Position numbers and translations under genes: made by a program. From the NCBI GenBank assembly GCA_946413945.1, contig CAMKMR010000001.1, positions 1-34,140 of the forward strand: a stretch of 34,140 nucleotides of DNA, written 5' to 3'. Positions 30,001 through 34,140 of this stretch are shown piece after piece (position 1 is the stretch's first letter; each line of letters begins with the position of its first letter). This DNA is from an uncultured Lachnospiraceae bacterium (GTDB lineage Bacteria > Bacillota > Clostridia > Lachnospirales > Lachnospiraceae). Under the pieces are notes generated by a model, which was not told where the DNA came from, did no database searches, and saw only the letters and a list, made by a program, of their open reading frames with translations.

Positions 30001-31417
30001 TTGTGATGATTTGGAACTATCGGCTTTAGAGGAGGAAATAGAAAAGCTTAAGGCTGAAAATGATCTTCTTAAAGAAAGAGACGCTGCAAAAAAAGATGAG
30101 GCTCAGAGACTTTTGGGATCTATAGATTATGCGGTTGAAAATATTACTGCGGCATATGGTAGCTTCGAATATATCGATATAAATTATGATGACTATAAGC
30201 AGACTATAGATAAGGAAGAAGCCGAGCTTAAAAGTATTAAGGCTGCTGCTAAGGAGGCTGAAGAAAGGCTGGATAATTATAAGAGGCAGCAGGACATCAT
30301 GGCCGATCTATACAGAGATGTAAAGAGGATAGTGGAAAGAAAAAATATAGATATTTCTAATGCGGTCATTATCAAGAGCGATAGAGACAGCCTTAGGGAT
30401 CATTTTGAAGAGTTGCTTCTTTCCTACGACAGAATTGAAAAGGCAATTGAAAAAGCTGGCATGCAGATGCTTAAGACTAAGGGGCAGGTTACAGAAAGCC
30501 TTAGCCTTTTAGGGGCATTTCAGCTGGCGGCCTCTATCAGAGATGATGTTGAGATCCCTAAAACCTATGGAGAAGCTAAGGAACTCCTAAATAATCTTGA
30601 CTCTATGAAAGACCTTATCAGACTTGAAAAGGAAAGGGTTGACTCTAGTCTTTCAGATATGGAAAGACTTAAGAATAATTTCGTGGATCAGTGTATAGAA
30701 CGCTGTCTTGATGTAAGGACTGAGCTCGATAAGCTGCCAAAGCTTTCTCAGATTATGATCGGAAATGAAACTATCCAGATGATCAAACTGACCATCCCTT
30801 ATGTAAAGGATGAGTTTATAAGGGAAAGAATGGCAGATTATATTGATAAGATAATCGATGCGGCAGATAAGAGGGAAAATGATGCTGACCGTCTCAAGTT
30901 CCTTCAGTCTGAACTGGCGATAAAGAAGATGTTCTCGGTTATCGTAACTGATATGAATAGGATTAAATTATTGCTATATAAGAGAGAAAGAATAAGAGAG
31001 CAGAGCCGTTATCTTAAATATGAAGAAGCAGTTGGCTCAACAGGGCAGTCTCAGGGTATCTATATCCAGTTCCTTGTTTCTGTCATCAATTATATTTCTG
31101 GTATGTATGCGGCGTCGGATCTTGATAAGAGGACAAAGACTATCTTTATCGATAATCCATTTGGTGCAGCTAAAGATATTTATATCTGGGAACCAATCTT
31201 TGCTCTTCTTAAGACAAATCACGTTCAGCTTATTGTGCCATCCCGTGGTGCAACTCCTGAGATAACAGGAAAGTTTGATGTGAATTATGTGTTGGGACAG
31301 CAGATGACAGCTGGAAAACAGGTTACGGTTGTTGTTAAATATGACAGCCATGCAGATGGAGAAGAACTCGAATATAACGAACTAGATTACGAGCAGACAA
31401 CATTTGATTTTATATAA
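27026..31417 (+). CDS. jetC: SMC-family ATPase, Wadjet type III JetC-like (1463 aa)
   Basis: Start ATG 27026 after GGAGGT; N-terminal Walker A LANGGGKS, very long coiled coils with central hinge-like break, C-terminal signature GSTGQ and Walker B IFIDNPF. Confidence 0.8.
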   Translation: MPSINRIRVNNVKYNFATQMYDDFTMRLFGRNTLYDLANGGGKSVLMLLLMQCVIPNSTLDEKQPIEKLFRENCGNSTIHSLIEWKLDEPDIADGYKYMTTGFCARKSRDRDNDTEKSDVASVDYFNYCIFYREYNRNDIVNLPLVKDNERVSYQALKNYLLDLSRRDNNLIIQVFDRKGEYQRFISKYGLHDSQWEIIRGINKTEGHVRTYFETNYKTTRKVIEDLLIEEIIEKAYRVKTNKDEDKKDSAADLLMSIKDQLKVLAEKKKDIAVFDHETELISLLYDRILSFNDLYKEEEEVAKKLGDIYVTGEEERKNVEEYLLSLKQEKEEAKEALVLKRARLENLKTSRDKKRLEMLCEKRDIAAEELDRNTNLLSKKTKELNENKAAIYFLEMLADKEKYEKVKAESEAETVKSDEEFLGVVAALHKIFVAEKGNCEEMIKDLNEKNAMLKEAVERDKKILEEARVGVAVSDNSINILEEEIEKLSNDIRDKRESLNEGSFDKTENIIENRRKKAEALKSAINNKNLSLEQIHKEIDTSKVDLNECSDKIISLNKEIKDYESRLEIYNKNEGKLKAVKNIYAAEGDITALPEYIREKTKKDIIRLADIEREIRKNKCRLEEIKRGRLINLSKDAEKIIEYITTRHGSTAMFGADYLSAVSTERRAELLLNEPAIPYSVIVENFDELIMDPGLTEMATQEGQVLILDKEKLGKSCVSTGDGALFIRAGKAHFLDEKKAAKLIEEVEVKINDLSNERVFLSDALETEKEDLEFVLRTGSKEFANAKEDIKNAGLSLEKLNVKADKIKRNIENLNSKASEISGLIAEDEKRYKNLTDDIELLEKIRGIEMELGQKEKLLNDTKEARKRFVKELGLARDRYDEELAEEEKLKNALRERTEELRRVSKDWEEHYESYYRAGDYPEYKRSKEELIYNFRAYLGEAGIAAQDMEKNALLLDTLLKSIERQKNRIKEKGVDIAWLEEEKRAGRLIACDDLELSALEEEIEKLKAENDLLKERDAAKKDEAQRLLGSIDYAVENITAAYGSFEYIDINYDDYKQTIDKEEAELKSIKAAAKEAEERLDNYKRQQDIMADLYRDVKRIVERKNIDISNAVIIKSDRDSLRDHFEELLLSYDRIEKAIEKAGMQMLKTKGQVTESLSLLGAFQLAASIRDDVEIPKTYGEAKELLNNLDSMKDLIRLEKERVDSSLSDMERLKNNFVDQCIERCLDVRTELDKLPKLSQIMIGNETIQMIKLTIPYVKDEFIRERMADYIDKIIDAADKRENDADRLKFLQSELAIKKMFSVIVTDMNRIKLLLYKRERIREQSRYLKYEEAVGSTGQSQGIYIQFLVSVINYISGMYAASDLDKRTKTIFIDNPFGAAKDIYIWEPIFALLKTNHVQLIVPSRGATPEITGKFDVNYVLGQQMTAGKQVTVVVKYDSHADGEELEYNELDYEQTTFDFI

Positions 31418-31566
31418 TGAGCAGTTGCTGAGTTTAGAGTGAGAATGTTGGGGGTATTTGAGCAGTTGGTCGCTCGGAGTATAAGAGTAGCTGAAATATG
31501 GGCGCTGATATACGAAGGTTTATATTGCCTTGCAGTACCTTGTTATAAAAGGAAAAAAGGGGAAGT

Positions 31567-32445
31567 ATGTATCAGATAGAGGCTCGAACAATAATGACCC
31601 CTCAAAATGGTATCAACATTTACAGGGGTTCAACAGATAATTGCATAGTATCAAAGGTAAGGGCCAGGGGAGCCCGGGTAAAGAATCCGGGAGAAATGGG
31701 CATAAAAGCCGATGCAGATCAGCTTCTTTCAGTAGAACTTAGAAAGAAGCGATCAAGAGGCATTATCTATACAGGTCTTTCTGATCCTTATAATGAGCTC
31801 GAAAGAGAATCAGGGATCATGAGAAAGTGTCTTATGGCTGTTTTAAGATTTGACTTTGGCATTGATATTACAACTAGAAGGTCACTGATCCTTAGAGATA
31901 AAGATCTTCTTAAGGATATCGCAGACAGGACTAAATGTATAGTAAGGATTGTTTTGCCTTGTCTTAAAAAGGACGCTTTTCAAATAATTGAAGGTGATAA
32001 AGACAGCATCGATGAAAGACTTGAGATATTGGAAGGACTAAAAGATTCGGGGGTAGACATAATGCTTGACGTCTTTCCAATGCTTCCGGAGCTTAATTCT
32101 GATGAAGATAATCTTCTCGAGATGCTGGAGCTTGCTAAAAAATATAAGGTGAAGGCTATAGATTTTCACGGCTTTAAGACCAAGCTTCAAAATGATATGC
32201 AGGACTATTTCTATGAAAAATTAAAGGAAAGAAACAAGGCACTGTATGATCATTATATAAATAAGCTTGGACGACCAAAAGAATTTAATCTCGATAAGGA
32301 TGGAAAGTTCTATAAGATCCTTGCAGATTATTGTATCAAAGAGGGTATTCTTTTTACAAAAGAAGAAATCGATGACTATGCAAGAAAGTATGAAAATAAA
32401 AAAGAAGGTAAACAGCTTTCGTTTTTTGATTTGACACAGCAATAA
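31567..32445 (+). CDS. SPL-like (spore photoproduct lyase-related) radical-SAM homologue with a degenerate cluster motif
   Basis: NGINIYRG, SDPY, LILRD, ERLEIL, PMLP motifs match the family; CxxxCxxC appears as SxxxCxxS; C-terminal QLSFF. Confidence 0.75.
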   Translation: MYQIEARTIMTPQNGINIYRGSTDNCIVSKVRARGARVKNPGEMGIKADADQLLSVELRKKRSRGIIYTGLSDPYNELERESGIMRKCLMAVLRFDFGIDITTRRSLILRDKDLLKDIADRTKCIVRIVLPCLKKDAFQIIEGDKDSIDERLEILEGLKDSGVDIMLDVFPMLPELNSDEDNLLEMLELAKKYKVKAIDFHGFKTKLQNDMQDYFYEKLKERNKALYDHYINKLGRPKEFNLDKDGKFYKILADYCIKEGILFTKEEIDDYARKYENKKEGKQLSFFDLTQQ

Positions 32446-32554
32446 AATAATTTTATTATTGTTTGAATAAATACTTTTGGCAATTAAAGTGTTTTTCGAT
32501 AAAAGCAAATGGTAAAAATGGAAAAATATAAAATATTTACGGAGGAAACATAAG

Positions 32555-33724
32555 ATGGATTTTAATGCAGCAAGTCTTAAGATGCATGAAGAGAACAAGG
32601 GAAAGCTTGAGGTTAATTCTAAGGTGCGTATCGAAACAAGAGACGACCTTTCAACGGCCTATACACCAGGGGTAGCAGAGCCTTGCAGAAAGATTGCGGC
32701 AGATCCTTCTGATGTATATAAATATACTTGCAAGGCCAATACGGTTGCTGTAGTTTCAGATGGAACAGCAGTGCTCGGCCTTGGAGATATAGGGCCTCTT
32801 GCAGCAATTCCTGTAATGGAAGGAAAGTCGGTTCTATTTAAGAGGTTTGCGGGGGTAGATGCATTTCCAATCTGCCTGGATACAAAAGATGTTGATGAGA
32901 TAGTAGAGACTGTAAAGAGGATCGCTCCTTCTTTCGGTGGTATCAATCTTGAGGATATTTCAGCTCCAAGATGTTTTGAGGTTGAAAGAAGACTTAAAGA
33001 AGAGCTTGATATACCTGTTTTCCACGATGATCAGCATGGAACGGCTATCGTTGTTTGTGCAGGACTTATCAATGCCCTTAAACTTACAAACAGAAGCTTT
33101 GAAACAGCAAGCGCTGTTATCAGTGGTGCAGGTTCAGCAGGTATTTCTATCTGCAAGCTTATGCTTAAGTTTGGAATTGGAAATGTAGTCCTTGTTGATA
33201 AGAATGGTGCCCTTTGCCCTGAAGAAGAGTGGATGAATCCGGCTCAGAAAGAAATGGCAGAGATAACAAATAAGAATAAGGAAAGAGGTAATCTTGCCGA
33301 AATAATGAAGGGTAAGGATATCTTCGTTGGTGTTTCAGCGCCTGGAATAGTAACAGCTGAGATGGTAAGCACTATGGCAAAAGACCCTATCGTATTCTCT
33401 ATGGCAAATCCTACACCAGAGATCATGCCTGAGGAATCTAAGAAGGGCGGGGCAAGAGTTATCGCATCGGGAAGATCTGATTATCCAAACCAGATCAATA
33501 ACGTGCTTGTCTTCCCTGGAATCTTCAGAGGAGCTCTTGATTCAAAGGCAAGACAGATAACAGAGCCGATGAAGATTGCTGCGGCAAAGGCGATAGCATC
33601 TATCGTAAAAGATGATGAATTAAGAGAAGATTATATAATTCCGGATGCATTTAATCCGGAAGTGGCAAGAGTTGTTGCTAAGGCTGTTGCTGATGAGGCT
33701 TATAACAGCGGAGTAGCAAAATAA
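32555..33724 (+). CDS. NAD(P)-dependent malic enzyme
   Basis: AYTPGVAEPC, DGTAVLGLG, VMEGK, INLEDI, FHDDQHGTA, GAGSAG, SMANP, NQINN. Confidence 0.96.
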   Translation: MDFNAASLKMHEENKGKLEVNSKVRIETRDDLSTAYTPGVAEPCRKIAADPSDVYKYTCKANTVAVVSDGTAVLGLGDIGPLAAIPVMEGKSVLFKRFAGVDAFPICLDTKDVDEIVETVKRIAPSFGGINLEDISAPRCFEVERRLKEELDIPVFHDDQHGTAIVVCAGLINALKLTNRSFETASAVISGAGSAGISICKLMLKFGIGNVVLVDKNGALCPEEEWMNPAQKEMAEITNKNKERGNLAEIMKGKDIFVGVSAPGIVTAEMVSTMAKDPIVFSMANPTPEIMPEESKKGGARVIASGRSDYPNQINNVLVFPGIFRGALDSKARQITEPMKIAAAKAIASIVKDDELREDYIIPDAFNPEVARVVAKAVADEAYNSGVAK

Positions 33725-33743
33725 TAATGGAGTTTTATCTTAA

Positions 33744-34140
33744 ATGGGATATTTAGAATTTGAAAAAGCGAAGAAGATGGGCGACAAGGCCTTCAGACAG
33801 GCTGTTCAAAAGGGACAGAGTCCATATCTTCCGGTTCTCGATGAGATCCTTTCTCAGGTCGAGATAAGAGGTGAAGTAAATCTTGGGCTTGTGAATATAC
33901 CTCTTTCAAGAGTTGTTGGAACAAGCACAAAGGGAAGGACAACGGCTTTTGCCAATAATTTTATGCCTATCTTAGGTATGAATTCAGAATTTGGTGTTAA
34001 ATGGTCCCTTCTCAGTGATGCTCATATGAATGAAGGCATTCATGATCCTATCAAGGTTTATGAATATATGAATTATTACTATGTGGTAGAAGGAAATAAG
34101 CGTGTAAGCGTTCTTAAATTCTTTGATGCTGCATCAGTAC
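33744..34140 (+). CDS. partial gene (runs off the window) with N-terminal ParB/Srx-like domain; resembles clostridial proteins often labelled BMP-family binding protein
   Basis: Hand translation MGYLEFEKAKKMGDKAF...PYLPVLDEIL...FANNFMP...DPIKVYEYMNYYYVVEGNKRVSVLK; open to the window end; GGAG upstream. Confidence 0.7.
   Translation, partial: MGYLEFEKAKKMGDKAFRQAVQKGQSPYLPVLDEILSQVEIRGEVNLGLVNIPLSRVVGTSTKGRTTAFANNFMPILGMNSEFGVKWSLLSDAHMNEGIHDPIKVYEYMNYYYVVEGNKRVSVLKFFDAASV

Noticed and set aside
27026-31417. Canonical housekeeping Smc or SbcC
   Set aside because: Lacks the GPNGSGKS and LSGGE motifs, is longer, and its partners do not resemble ScpA/ScpB or SbcD.
31418-31468. Direct repeat TGAGCAGTTG (31418 and 31459) as an insertion or deletion scar
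   Set aside because: Only 10 bp and 41 nt apart, with no IS ends or gene remnant; fits the local tendency to duplicate short sequence.
3580-33426. Many alternative-frame and antisense ORFs inside ftsH, uvrAB, fruA, ptsI, jetC and malic enzyme
   Set aside because: Shadow ORFs fully overlapping well-supported genes.
1-34140. tRNA, rRNA, transposase or integrase
   Set aside because: No cloverleaf, rRNA-like sequence or recombinase motifs seen.

Overview
AT-rich Firmicutes chromosome segment; gene content and order suggest Lachnospiraceae (inference). All credible genes are on the + strand. Order: hup, yabO/rqcP-like S4 protein, divIC, tilS, hpt, ftsH; a 745-bp intergenic region with two sRNA-like promoter-terminator units; GH13 glycosidase; uvrB-uvrA with a LexA (Cheo) box; a 10 x 20-bp C-free tandem array; a fructose PTS operon (fruK, fruA, HPr, EI, fruR); fba; an AT-richer islet (broken signal-peptide gene, membrane-anchored protein, two permeases, ABC ATPase); a coupled three-gene SMC operon resembling Wadjet type III JetA-JetB-JetC with no JetD nuclease on either side; an SPL-like radical-SAM homologue that has lost two of its three cluster cysteines; malic enzyme; and a truncated gene with a ParB/Srx-like motif. 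The best candidate for an undescribed system is the JetD-less JetABC next to the cluster-less radical-SAM homologue, both ending in beta-clamp-motif-like tails. No tRNA, rRNA, CRISPR or IS element was seen. Family calls come from motif reading only, with no database searches.
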